A DNA stretch of 63,361 nucleotides, counting the filler, from Rozella allomycis CSF55 (lineage: Eukaryota): assembly GCA_000442015.1 (NCBI GenBank). It is 6 parts of 6 records of this genome, joined end to end, with 100 filler letters (N's around TTAATTAATTAA, not from the genome) between each part and the next. Parts side by side here need not be neighbours in the genome. Positions count along the whole stretch, not along the records: positions 11,649 to 35,862 come from KE561009.1; 5 more parts are not named here. The stretch is one strand, 5' to 3'. Shown piece after piece: positions 12,853-24,863 of the stretch. The notes below the pieces were generated by a model, which was not told the origin of the DNA, made no database searches, and worked only from the letters and a program-made list of their open reading frames with translations. The translations under genes were made by a program, and so were the position numbers. Each line of letters starts with the position of its first letter. Within the stretch, counting starts at the first letter, position 1.

Positions 12853-13451
12853 ATGTTAGAACCGTCCAATGTAAAATTAGCTAAAGCCCTTTTAAGCGAA
12901 GGGTTTAACTACCGACAGTCTATGGAAATATCAAAGGCTTTTCACCGACTGCTCACTTCAAAACTGGAGAACATTGAAAGTAACTACGCTACGCGAGCAA
13001 AGTATGAAAAAGTAGGCATGAAATTTTAAATTTGATAGAGAATATATGAAAATCTGTCAGAAATAGACAATTTGGACTCAATGATGAAAAAATCGATACA
13101 GGATACTAAAGATGAATGGCAGAAGCATACAGAAAAGCTCAGAGATGAATTTAGTGTCGCTCAGCAGGTGCGACAACAGAGAATCGCTCAATTAACTGTT
13201 GATTCTAGATTTACGCTAGCACTTGAAAAGGTCAACTTGAAAGAAAGATACGTCAATCAATTGTCTGCGGTTCAAGACTTGTATACCAGAATTGACACTA
13301 TGGCATCTAATTCGACGTGCGAAGTAGATAGAGTTCGTTCAGGCATGCTTTTAACTATCCCAAGTAATTTGTCAATTTGATTATGTAACTAGCTGCTCTT
13401 GGTGTTTGTGCTGGTTTTATGGTGACAATTTTGAGAATAGCTGATCTTTAA
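12853..13451 (+). CDS. DUF1640 / CCDC90 / Fmp32-like coiled-coil protein with C-terminal TM
   Basis: LLSEGFNYRQSMEI head motif, coiled coil, LYTRIDT, C-terminal hydrophobic segment ending ILRIADL; 2 introns. Confidence 0.65.
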
Positions 13452-13891
13452 TAAAATGGGATCATTCAATTAAATATGAATTTTATTAACTGTTTTCAAT
13501 CTCACATGAAACTAATTTTGCAATGAATCAGTTTCANAATCAACTCAAGTAAATATGAATTCTAGTAACTGTTTTCAATCTCACATGAAACTAATTTTGC
13601 AATGAATCAGTTTCATATTGAACTTTATGTTTCTCAAATGCCATAGTACTGAAATAGAAGTGATATTCTTTCTTTTATGACTTTAATCATAGAATTATGA
13701 AGAAATGATTCATTAACTCGCCATAACCCACCGCAACTAAGTTTCAATATTGACTGCCCAAGGCCCCAACAGCTGCATTCCAGTCAGCCATGGCTAATTA
13801 CAATCAATGTATGTCCCAATCGTCACAAGAAAAGAGAATGAGTGTGTAAATCGTTTCAATAAATTTCGTAGCCTTTTCGTAAATATCGTGA

Positions 13892-14215
13892 ATGACGGAT
13901 GCGTTGAAAGAATGGCCTGGATATAAAAACCCAGACCTTGTTAATTTATGTTCCTGTAATGGATATAAGCATGAGTTTATAACAAATTGTACGACTTGTG
14001 GAAAAATATATTGTTCAATGGATCAAGAAGCAATCATTTCATTTTCTCAACAAGCGGCCTCGGAATGTGTTTTTCGGTGTCCCTCTTGCAGTTCAAACCT
14101 TTTTATTAAAGAAGATATCAGGTTGCAATATGATCAACTGAAAAAGTTTGCAAAGAAAATGCGAAAAGCCATCCGTAAAGAAGAGTTTAACAAGGCCGGT
14201 AGCAATGATGAATAA
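13892..14215 (+). CDS. small zf-C2HC5 zinc-finger protein (ASC-1/TRIP4/Rqt4-type finger)
   Basis: CSCNGYKH....NCTTCGKIYC.....CPSC spacing. Confidence 0.7.
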   Translation: MTDALKEWPGYKNPDLVNLCSCNGYKHEFITNCTTCGKIYCSMDQEAIISFSQQAASECVFRCPSCSSNLFIKEDIRLQYDQLKKFAKKMRKAIRKEEFNKAGSNDE

Positions 14216-14282
14216 GTAAAAGATATGGAGAAAACATGCATATAATGAAATAAAGGGATTAAGATTAGCATTATAAATCGCT

Positions 14283-15116
14283 TTATTTAGATTCACTCCT
14301 CACCAAGTTAACGAATTCACTTCTTAAAAGTGGTACCAAAGTTGTATCAAAGACGATTTGCCGTTCGGACAGCATCACTTTGGGGAAAATTTCAGTCACT
14401 GTAATTATGCAAAAGGTTTGGTACCTATTCCTGTAGATGTGTCTACAATGAACCAAAAATCCCTATCTTTATTTTTTGGATCAATCATTGTATATCGAAA
14501 TCTCAAAAATCCAGCTAATTAGATTTAAGTTGAAAATTTACAATCAAGGCTTTCAATGTATAGTCCCAACCCCTTTTCAAATAGATCAAGAATGGGAAGA
14601 GCCTTTTGATATTTTTGCATTTTCCTTCGTTCTCTTTGTGTAATAACTATTAATGAGTATCAAATATTTTATACATTCGGTGATTCTTTTAAAGTTTTCC
14701 CTTAATTCTAAAACTTTGCTTTGGTGTCCAGCAACAAGCTCTTCCAAAATTTGTCCCCTCTTAATCAAAGCTTGCAATGAATCTTCTGCTTGTTTAAATT
14801 CTTTTTCTTCTTTTTCCAATTCTAAATTATATTTCATGATCATATATACGTTGATGCATTTCTTCCTTTTTCTTTTCAAAATGAGCGCATTGGCCCTTTA
14901 GTTTTTCCAGGTTTTCTTTCAGAGTATTTATTAGATATTACCTTTGTCGGATCTTAAAGCTGTTTTAAATTTTTCTCTGTCTTGATCGATTCTCTTTTTA
15001 CTGCCCTTTACAAAATTGTCAAAAGATATCAAAAAATTTGCCATTTCTTCCTTGAGTTCATTAATTCCTGGAAAGGGATTGTTATTTAAAAATGGCGTCT
15101 GCGAAACTGAAAGCAT
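14283..15116 (-). CDS. SPC25: kinetochore Ndc80-complex subunit Spc25
   Basis: N-terminal coiled coil, then LGLYIES...FLRFRYTMIDPKNKDRDFWFIVD RWD-type domain; several short introns. Confidence 0.75.
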
Positions 15117-15142
15117 TTCAAAATGGCGCGAGAATTGTGAAC

Positions 15143-15278
15143 CAGGGTCACAACTTTCGTAACAGNGCCCAACCTTTGTTAGGTAACCCATTTTTGAACT
15201 TGGATTTTTCCGAAAAAAAGTGTAGGTAAAATCGGGTTCAAAAATTACCTAGAAAATTTCCCAAATCGGGTGAACCTG
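15143..15278. mobile_element. MITE-like element with imperfect TIRs (CAGGGTCAC / CAGGTTCAC); partial second copy at 56527-56601
   Basis: Terminal and subterminal inverted repeats (taggtaa..tttttgaac / gttcaaaaattaccta); degenerate 8-bp flanks ttgtgaac/gtgttacc; related sequence 41 kb away. Confidence 0.55.
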
Positions 15279-15311
15279 GTGTTACCGTCATTGATTTTAG
15301 AAATTTCGAAA

Positions 15312-16233
15312 ATGCAGGCCCAACAGCCTATCCCAGTTCCTAAAGAAACAGCTCATAAATGGCTGGTTTCTCTATTAAATCCAAATGAAAGAGAAGAATC
15401 TTTAATAGAATTAAGCAAGCAACGTGAAAATATTGAAAATCTAGCAGTTATGTTGTGGCATTCAACAGGTATTCAATCTTTTACTGTAAGAAAGGCATTA
15501 TGGCACTTTTACTTCATGAAATAATATCAGTGTATCCATTTTTGTCACCTCCGAATCTATCTGCAGCAGCATCCAATAGAGTTTGCAATGCATTGGCTCT
15601 TTTACAGTGTGTTGCTTCCCATCCTGAAACCCGAATGGCATTTTTGAATGGTAAAAATATTTTTTTGTATTTTTAATAGCGCACTTGCCAATGTACCTCT
15701 ACCCGTTATTGAATACTACGAACAAATCGAGACCCTTTGAATATTTGAGGCTGACGTCTCTTGGGGTTATCGGAGCATTAGTGAAAAACGACAGTACAGA
15801 AGTCATTAACTTTTTGCTAACGACGGAGATTATACCGCTTTGTTTGAGGATAATGGAAACAGGCAGCGACCTGTCCAAATCAGTGGCCATTTTTATTATT
15901 CAAAAAATACTGTTAGAGGACAATGGCTTGAATTATATTTGCCAAACCTATGAAAGATTTTATGCAGTTGCACAAGTTTTGAGTAATATTACCCAACAAG
16001 TCATTACACAATCATCAAGTAGACTGCTTAAACATGTGGTTCGATGCTACTTGAGACTATCTGATAATAAAAAGTAATTACTTTGAGTTATTTACAAAAG
16101 AGCACGCGAAGCACTTCGGCAATGTGTTCCAGAATCGTTAAAGGATTCGACGTTTGCGAATATGCTAAAGGACGATGCGACCACAAAGAGATTTTTGAAT
16201 CAACTTTTAACAAACTTGGCTGAAACAAATTAA
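15312..16233 (+). CDS. CNOT9: CCR4-NOT subunit Caf40/Rcd1/CNOT9
   Basis: [65 protein letters not shown]; 3 introns. Confidence 0.97.
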
Positions 16234-16277
16234 AAATAAAGTTATTGTTAGTCCGATAATTCTTTTTATTCGCTTTT

Positions 16278-17984
16278 CTAAGGTCTTGCCGGGGCTGGGG
16301 CAACTGCAAGGGTAGTGGAGAGGGCTGAGATTGGATGGGTTGTAATGCCAGGTTCATCTTGAAGGTCTAAATGGCCGTCTGATTTAGTTTTGGTTTTTGA
16401 ATGAACATAACGTGGTGGTCTTTCACCTTTAACAGCTGGGACATCGACAATGATTCTGGAAATGTCGGAATTGGGTGCAGCGTACATTGATTCTTGAAGA
16501 ATATGATCCTTTTAGTATATAAATATTTAATTACGACAATTCCTCTTAAGCCTCGAGCGCCAACCTTTTTCTTTATTGCGAGTCTAGCGATTTCGACTAG
16601 AGCGTCCTTTTCAAAAACTAGCTCAATGCCGTTGTGTTTGAATAGCGCTTTGATTTGCTTAACAACAGAGTTTTTAGGTTCTGTGAGGGCGTGAACGAGG
16701 TCATTTTCGCGTAATTCTTGAAGCACGGCCACTACAGGGATTCTCCCTACGAATTCAGGAATCAAACCGTAATTAATTAAATCGTCTGTTTCTAATTTGC
16801 TCATAATGAAATCATAATGAGTTTGTTCGGATACTTTTTCGTTTACAGTTTCTTTTTTCGCTGCAGCAAATCCAATTGACGTCGATGTGATTCTTTGAGA
16901 GATGACCTTGTCTAATCCAACAAAGGCCCCAGAGAGAACAAAAAGAATATTCGATGTGTCAATTTGATATTCTTCCGCTCTTCCATTTCGTTTAGATTTA
17001 TCTTGAACTGTAACGACGGTGCCTTCCAACATTTTTAATAAAGATTGTTGCACTCCTTCCCCTCCAACATCCCTGCTGTCTCTTATAGCTGATGGCCTTT
17101 TTCTGATCTTGTCAACTTCATCCAAAAATATAATCCCGTGCTCAGCCTTTTCAACATCAAAATCGCAATTCAATTGTCAATTATCAAAAATCTTACTTGC
17201 AAAAGTCTAAAAATTAATGATTCCACATCTTCGCCAACATAGCCAGCTTGTGTCAGCGTTGTGGCATCATTCATGGAAAATGGAACTTGAAGCATTTCGG
17301 CAAGTGTTTTCGCAATCAACGTTTTTCCAGACCCAGAAGGCCCTAAAAGTAAAACATTGCTTTTTTCTAAACACACTTTATCATTTTTAGCTGCATTCTC
17401 TCCTCTATTCTTGTTCATTTGCATTCGGCAGTAATGATTAAACACTGCAGTGGACAACACCTTTTTCCCATATTCTTGACCAATGACATGCTGGTCCAAA
17501 TATTCTTTAATCTAAAAATCCTATTTTGCCAATTATACCTGCTTTGGATTCTGAAAATGAGGTTCAGAGCCATTGATGCCATGGGAACCTCCACTTCCAT
17601 CATCAATAGTATAAACTTTTTCACACTTCTTGCATGCAAATGTAGCATTAGTTTGTGCTAAATAGTTTTTAATAAATTGAAGTACATGTAGTCAAGCTAA
17701 TAAGTGGCGAATCGCAAGAACGGCACCTAGGCCCCATTAAGAATCCTCTTCTCCCTCTTCTTTCTTTAACAAACATATAAAAATATCTTACTCTTGTCTA
17801 GAGTTAGAGGCGTAGTTAATTCGGTTAAGCGGAAATAGGAAAGTGGGACGATAGAGTTTTTGTTCTTATCGTCATCAGTTGGAGGTTTTCCAGACTTGTA
17901 GAAATGTTTTGAACTATGGAATGCAGAAATATTTACAAGTGTGGGTGTATGTTTGCATACAGGTCTGATTGCGCGAAGGAGCAT
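16278..17984 (-). CDS. CLPX: mitochondrial ClpX AAA+ ATPase
   Basis: [16 protein letters not shown] Walker [42 protein letters not shown]; presequence-like N-terminus and a CRSC...CKKC zinc-binding region. Confidence 0.95.
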
Positions 17985-18112
17985 GGGGCTGGGTTACGTG
18001 GTTGGTAGGGAGATCAATAAACAAAAATGCTAAAAATCTTTAGATCATGTGACCGTCAAATCAAAATAAATTTGTTTACTAAATAAAAATATTGCATAAT
18101 TAATTGTTTATT

Positions 18113-19274
18113 TCATTGTCTGTGTTTCATTGTGAAACGTCCATGGTTTAAATGACTTACATACAATCGTTTCTTTGTGCTATCAGGCTTCTTAATCCAA
18201 ATCTAATTTATTCAATAAAGAAAATATACTTCTGATGGACTGATGTGGATTATTTCTCCCATTGTCCTTTCATTCTTTCTGTTGATTACAACTACAACAT
18301 CCCCGCGTTTAAACCAAATGCCTTGATATTTTAACTCGCCTGATTGAACATAAACGTTTGGATCTTTTTCAAACACTAGAGTATTTTCTTCCCCATTATC
18401 GTGATCTTCAAAATCTTCGATATCTATTTAAAGATCAACAAACGTCTTACTCTTTTCAATTTTATACAAGGGTTCGTTTTGCTTTAACAATTCTAAATCT
18501 TCAATTAAATCTGTTTCAGAGATGGGATCAAAAGAAGCACCACTCACCCAACCAAAGGGACGCAAATTCCAAAGATTCAAAAGAGATTTCATCTTGAGTG
18601 GCTCAAAGTCTCCAAAATCATTTAATGTTTGCTCTTTGGTTTTCATCAAGGCCTCTGAAGGAATAATTGAATCTAAAAAGTATTAAAAGTAAACACTCTG
18701 TACATTTAGTTTCATCTATTTCTTTCTCCAAAATCATCTTCTTCCTTAGCCTTGTAATCCACTGAAGCTTCCAGAGTGTTTTTTTAGCATCCTTTATTTA
18801 CTATTCAATTAAATTACTTGAAATTCAAACTCGATAGTTGATCTTCCAGCAGCATGACTTTTTTTAACCATTTCCACTGATAATTTATAAAGAGCTTGAG
18901 ATTGTTTGATCATTTCAGTCCTTTTATTTTCAATTTTTCTTAAGTTTTCGTTTAGTTCTGGATGATTGTTGTTTTTTAAAGCTTCAAGTTCTAACTCTAT
19001 CATTTGCATCTTTTCCATGTACAATTTATCCCGAATAGTCTTAAATGTGTCTAAAATATTCTTCATTTGGAGCTTAGCGTCTCTTTTCGTTTCAGAATCA
19101 TCGTCACTTTCTTTGTCTTCAGACGACGATAACATTACCTGCTTCAAATTCACGCTTTCTTTTTCTTTCGGTGTCTATCTCAATCTGGTCTTCAAATTGC
19201 GCTGTATCATCCCACTCTAAATTAAAACGAGAATTTTTGAGGGCATAATTATCATCTGGAATTTCTACAGTCAT
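18113..19274 (-). CDS. SDS3: Sin3-HDAC subunit Sds3/SUDS3
   Basis: FKTIRDKLYMEK...NHPEL coiled coil; ISETDLIEDLE; C-terminal IWIKKPDSTKKRLYVSHLNHGRF resembles SUDS3. Confidence 0.75.
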
Positions 19275-19340
19275 TTTTGAAAATTCCGTAAAAGAAGAAT
19301 GTCAAATCACATTAAAAATCAAAATAGTTTATTTATGCAT

Positions 19341-21299
19341 TTATACCATGAAATGGCTTGCGGATTTCCTTTTTGTTAAAACAACGGCACTAGTGGCAGC
19401 AGCTCCTGCACCAAGAGCTCCAACTGATATTAGAGCAACATTAAGCGGAGTAAAAAATGGAATATCATCATCGTTAATGTTTTCTTTCTTGATATCTATT
19501 TGTTCTTTTGTGGCAAGGCTTTGTTGAACCTTGTTTTCGTCAATATTTCCGTTCTGTACTTCAATTTGTTTCTGTTCTTCAATAATTTTCTCTTGTTCCA
19601 CTAAAATTTCCTTTTCTGGTGCCATCTCCACCTGTTCTTGTGTTGCTTGTATTTGAGCAACATTTTCAGCTAATTGAACAGGTGGCATATCTTTTAGATT
19701 TTCAATTCCAAGGAGAATCTCTCTGTTTTCTTTATTTTTATTTTCCCTGGCGCTATCGTCAATAATGAATCTATTTTCGAATGCATCAGGACCTATTGAG
19801 TTTGAACTTTTAGTTTCTTTCTCAATTACTTCAATACGATTATTTCTTTTTGGAACTCTAGATTCCACAATTGGTGCATCTTCTAAGAAACCATTAATCT
19901 TATCTTCTATCATATCCGGAACAGCATCCGCAAAAGACTCCAATTTTTCCATCGCCATTTGAATAACACGATTGCCCGCCTTTTTCGCCAAACTCTCTAA
20001 AGAAGCGTAAATTTGACTCTTTGGGCTATCGTAATCATCGCCATAGTCATTGTCCATGTCGTTTCCTGCATTTTCAATAATCCATCGCGCCAAAGTCTCA
20101 ACATCTTCATTGTCTCTGTCCTCGTCTTCATCCTCATCTTCATCATTTACATTCTCTTTCACTGTCTCTTCTTCATCCCTATCTCCAAATATGAAAAAAA
20201 TTACTCAGTGTCCTCTGGACTAGGAAATGGTGGGATAACATTCCATATCCTGGATAGAATACCTTGAGGGGCGCTTTTATCTTCATCATCGTCATCATCA
20301 TCTATTATTAAACAAGAAAGATCATTTTGTACCCTCGTCATTGTCATGCGAATCGCCATTAGCCAGAAGAGACACTTTCAAGTCGTCCTTGAGCTGAAGC
20401 CCTTCAACAGTGTTAAATTCAGAAATGATTAAAGAGACAACTTTTTCATCCAACTTTTTTACAAGTAATCTCAGAGCCTTTTCCATTTTTGTTGTAAATA
20501 GATCAGAATCTGATTTCGCATATTCTACAGCATTTTCGGCGGCGACTTTGTACATATCAAAGGCCTTTCTACATTCAAAATAGATATTTGTCTTCTTGTC
20601 CTTGAATAACATTGACTTGTTTGAATTGCAATAATGCAAAACTTTCCTGGCAGCTGTTAGAATAATTTTAGCATCTGGAGATTGTTCAAAGATGTACCTG
20701 GGTGACAGATGTCGCGCGCCAAAAGTGATATCTTGCACATTGTACTCTGCGATCAAGATTTTCACACCATGGCTTGTATTGTCTACAACTTCTTTCACAT
20801 TCTTTTTTAATTCCCGTGCTCTTCTTTTCTCAAACTTTAACAAGGCAAGATCTTTTGTAACGGCTATTAGATTATTTGTTAGATCATTCAAGATCGGCAA
20901 CATTGAGCGAATATAGTTTTCAGTCGACCACATCTTCATTTCAAGAGAGGCGCTTCTATTGATGTATTCTTTAAAAACCTTTTTGCAATTACGGAAAGCT
21001 GCTTGATCAGCTTCTTTGACACTGTTTCGGATGTCATTGCAGAATGAGACAACATTATTAGCCACATTAATTACATTTGACACACTTTTCAGGTTTTCAA
21101 AACGATGTCTGTAACTTCCTACATCAGCTTTAAAGACAATGGCATTTTTCTTTGTATTTTTCTGACTGTCTAAATTCAATGCTGGAACATCCATGGCAGC
21201 AGGAACAAATCCAGAACCACCTACAATATCAAATTTTGTAGAATCAACAAAAATCACGTTCTGCGACAAGATCAAAACACAGATCAGAAATCGTAACAT
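19341..21299 (-). CDS. orphan type I membrane protein (signal peptide, acidic stalk, C-terminal TM)
   Basis: MLRFLICVLILSQ signal; poly-D/E region; FFTPLNVALISVGALGAGAAA TM followed by KRK; ORFs linked by short introns near 20165-20330. Confidence 0.65.
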
Positions 21300-21632
21300 T
21301 ATGTGGCTTGACGATTTATTAAGTTTTATAGATTCAATATGTCCAAAAATAGATTATTTCTAATTTTAAACTGAGAGTGTTCAAAGTAATAGTAATTAGT
21401 TTGGACCATTAAACAAATGTAAAGCCAGAGGAATATTTCTAAGTTGGTTCAATGGATTTAATCATGCATATATCATATTACATTATTACATTAAAGACAA
21501 TTTTTTATTTAAATCATGTAATGATTCCTTCTTTTCCTTCTTGAGTTTACAGCNGACCGTTAAACTAGAATGGATTTAATGATTTTAATCATGCATATAT
21601 CATAGTACATAATTACATTAAAAACAATTTAT

Positions 21633-23661
21633 TTAAATCATGTAATGATTCCTTCTTTTCCTTCTTGAGTTTACAGCAAAAGTTCCAACACCAGCTGCAG
21701 CTCCAACGGTACCTAAAGAGATTAAAGCGATGTTAAGAGGAGTAAAAAATGAAGGATCTTCTTTATGTTCAGGCTCTTCTTTATCGTTATTTATTTTTTC
21801 AATGACTTTAGAATTTTTGTTTAATTTGCTTTTCAATTCCAGGATTTGTTTTTCGAGAACTGATTTCCCTTGACTTTTTGAAATTTCCAGTTCAGGGTTT
21901 GAGCTTACCGGATCAGGTTTTGAGCTTAAATGTTTCACAGACCTGGATTTGCGGCATTTGGTTTTTCTTCTTGTAGTTTTAGATTTCTTTTTTGTTTTGC
22001 ATTTCGATGATGGTACAGTAGACTTCTTTTCGGTTCTTTCAATTCTGGCATTTAGATCGAATGGACTTGGTAATTCTTCGGGTTCTTTGTTGCTATTGAC
22101 TGGAGTTGTAGTAGGTTCAACTTTCTTAATTGTTTTTTGTACGTCTTTGGCAACTACAATAGGGGCAGTTAGGGGGTTTAAAACTGTCTGTGATGATATC
22201 TCGGCTTTCTTAGACTCTTGATTTGAAGTTTTTTCCGCTGTTTTGGAACATGGTGTAACATTCACTTTTTTAATTTCTTTTGTCTGTTTCGATGGATTAC
22301 TAGTCGATGGCTTGGTCAATCTTGTGGCTTGGACATTTTTGATGACTCTCTTTGGTTTTGGTTCTTCCTTTTTAAAGATACTTGGTACAGCGGATAAAAT
22401 ACTTTTTCCTATTTGTTCTTTTGCATTCGCAGCCACATCGGACACATAAGATGAAGCAGCAGCCACTGAATTTTGCACAAAGTCACCTGCAGCTTTTTGT
22501 CCAGAATTATTAGATGATTGGGAAGATGGCACAGTGACTACAATGGAAGGAACAGCTGGACCGCTACTCTGCACTTTCCCAACACTAATTAAACCTCGCG
22601 CTCTACTCCACAAACTTGGCTTAGCGTCGTCTATTATCAATAAACCAAAAATCTTACCAGAATTTACGCATGGAGTAACTGTAGAATCATCCTCACTATC
22701 CGTATCATCACNGGAGTAACTGTAGGCTCGTCATCATCCACACTATCTGCATCATCACAATCTTCATCATCTTCATCTTCGTCATCATCATCATCATTCG
22801 TTGGTTCACTTGTCAACTTCATAGCGCTAGTTGTTTCCACTACTTTAAGCGCAGAGTCCACTCGTTGACTAAACGATTTTTTTATTCTTGCAATCCAGCC
22901 TTCTATAATCCATAATCATTTGTTTTACCATTTTGTTGATTAGGTTTTCCACTCGTCTTATGATCTTGTTCAACATGTGCATGTGTGGTCTGGGCGGATG
23001 CAGTGGCAAAATTTCCATCCTCTGGCGCACTTTCTTGACCATCTCCATTATCCACTTGTTGATGTGGCTCTCCCTGATCATTACTTGGATCAATTGGTGC
23101 ACTTTGACCGATTCTTAATAAATCTTGACTAGTACTTGGCAATGACCATGGGCTCGCAGTTGTAGCTTTTGAATCAGCCATTTCAGGCGTAGGTGTCACA
23201 GATCTTGACCCACCAATTGATGACACCGGCCCAGCTACTGTTTCGAAGTCAAGAAAATTATTCAAATTTGCAAATTTAGCCTTGACAGCATCGAGGGATT
23301 TTCCTTTCTCAGCAACCACAAAATATATCGGCTGAATCATTGAAGTATGAAAACTAAATTTAAAGTTTTCCTCGACATCTTCGCCAGTCACTTTAGCAAG
23401 CAAGGTTCCTATTTCAGTTTTGACATCAGAAGTAACAAATTTTATCCAGTCAGTTTTCAGGAAATATAAATCTACATTATTATCGATAAGCTCGAAAGAA
23501 GTTCTTTCTTTACAGATGTAATGGATTAAACGAAGCCCATCACGCAAGTCTTCAGACTCTATCGTCATCATTTTTCGAATAGTGCTTATCTTAAATATCT
23601 CTCGGCAGTAAATAAACGACCCTGAAATTAAAAAGAAGAGTGATAAGACAAAAATTTTCAT
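21633..23661 (-). CDS. orphan type I membrane protein sharing its C-terminal anchor with the neighbour
   Basis: MKIFVLSLFFLISGS signal; poly-D tract; S/T/K/P-rich stalk; FFTPLNIALISLGTVGAAAGV TM followed by RRKRR; exon structure near 22640-22930 uncertain. Confidence 0.65.
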
Positions 23662-24239
23662 ACCCTTGTAATAACAACCGTTTTGGAAAGTATAATGTAG
23701 AGGATTCTAAAACAGAAAAATAATTTAATGCGGCGCTTTATTTTAAGATAAAAATAAAATTATTTAACCGACTTCGCGTGGTTTTAACTGGTTGTTATTG
23801 GAATTGGTCTAGGACTTAAGATAAAGCATGAATGAAACTTGTAGACCTCTTTTTTCTAAATTCTATTTTAATTATCGGACGGGGAGTTTCTGAGAATTGA
23901 GGTTGAGTTTGATGCAGCGGGATGCATATCTTTTCTCTCTTGTTTAGTGCGAAATTCAAGCAACGTAAAAATCAGTCTCAGCAAAACCAAATAAGAACTG
24001 TAGCCGGGGGTTTATTTGAACAATTTCCCATTAATTGGCATGTGGCATAGCCATAATCAAGAAATGACCACTGTAGTATAACCCTTGTAAGTTGTAAACT
24101 GCTCTTGCATATTAATCAATATGAACGCAACTTGAGTTGCACATTATTTCATCATGTCGCAAGTAATTCCGAAGTGGCTTAGCCACTGAGGCCTTACCAA
24201 GCCATCGGTTTGGGNACATAAAATTTAATTTGAATAAGA

Positions 24240-24590
24240 TAGCGAGCGTTTTATCAATCTGCGAGTGTTTGATTCGATTCTTAGAAACTGTGCTAGACCC
24301 TGTTGTTCCACATCAATGGGAAATTCTATGCCTTAAATCTTCTCAGAATTAAACGGCATGCAGATTAGTAAATTTATAGATTTTAACGCACAGATTGTTC
24401 AAAAATTTCCCGTGGAGCATTATAGCACTTTTGTTTATCTAACTTCATTAGCAAGAGAAATTTTGTATCAAGAGAATCAATCCATTAGTGTTAAAGAAAT
24501 CGCAACCATTTTCGCGTCGGTATTGATAAAACCCCTCTCAGAAGTTTAATTTATGGAAAAGAAAAAGATTCAATTTATTTTACATTTCCT
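24240..24590 (+). pseudogene. fragment of OCRL/INPP5B-type RhoGAP-like C-terminal domain with in-frame stops
   Basis: SICECLIRFLETVLDPVVP...KFPVEHYSTFVYLTSLAREIL...KEIATIFASVLIKP...KKIQFILHF parallels the OCRL C-terminus; TAA at ~24350 and 24547; no upstream phosphatase domain. Confidence 0.6.
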
Positions 24591-24616
24591 NCTATAAATT
24601 TCTTATAATAATTTTA

Positions 24617-24863
24617 ATATTTTTACTTAAATAAAAAAATAAAAAATATCTCCCAGTACTTATTTTATCCTATCCTACCTAGTGTCCTCTTACCAAGCCT
24701 CAAATCTATCTATATCAAAATGAAACATACACTCACATTTGTCACAATATTTTTACTTAAATAAATAAAAAATATCTCCAGTACATATTTTATCCTAGTG
24801 TCCTCTCACCAAGCCTCATAATCTTTATATATCGAAATGAAAAATACACTCACATTTGTCACA
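24617..24863. repeat. diverged tandem duplication of ~120 bp
   Basis: aatatttttacttaaataaa...agtgtcctct...accaagcctca...atacactcacatttgtcaca occurs twice. Confidence 0.85.

Noticed and set aside
24340-24560. In-frame TAA codons suggesting stop-codon reassignment
   Set aside because: Conserved genes in the window (CNOT9, CAP1, fimbrin) terminate at TAA and lack internal TAA; pseudogene decay is the simpler explanation.
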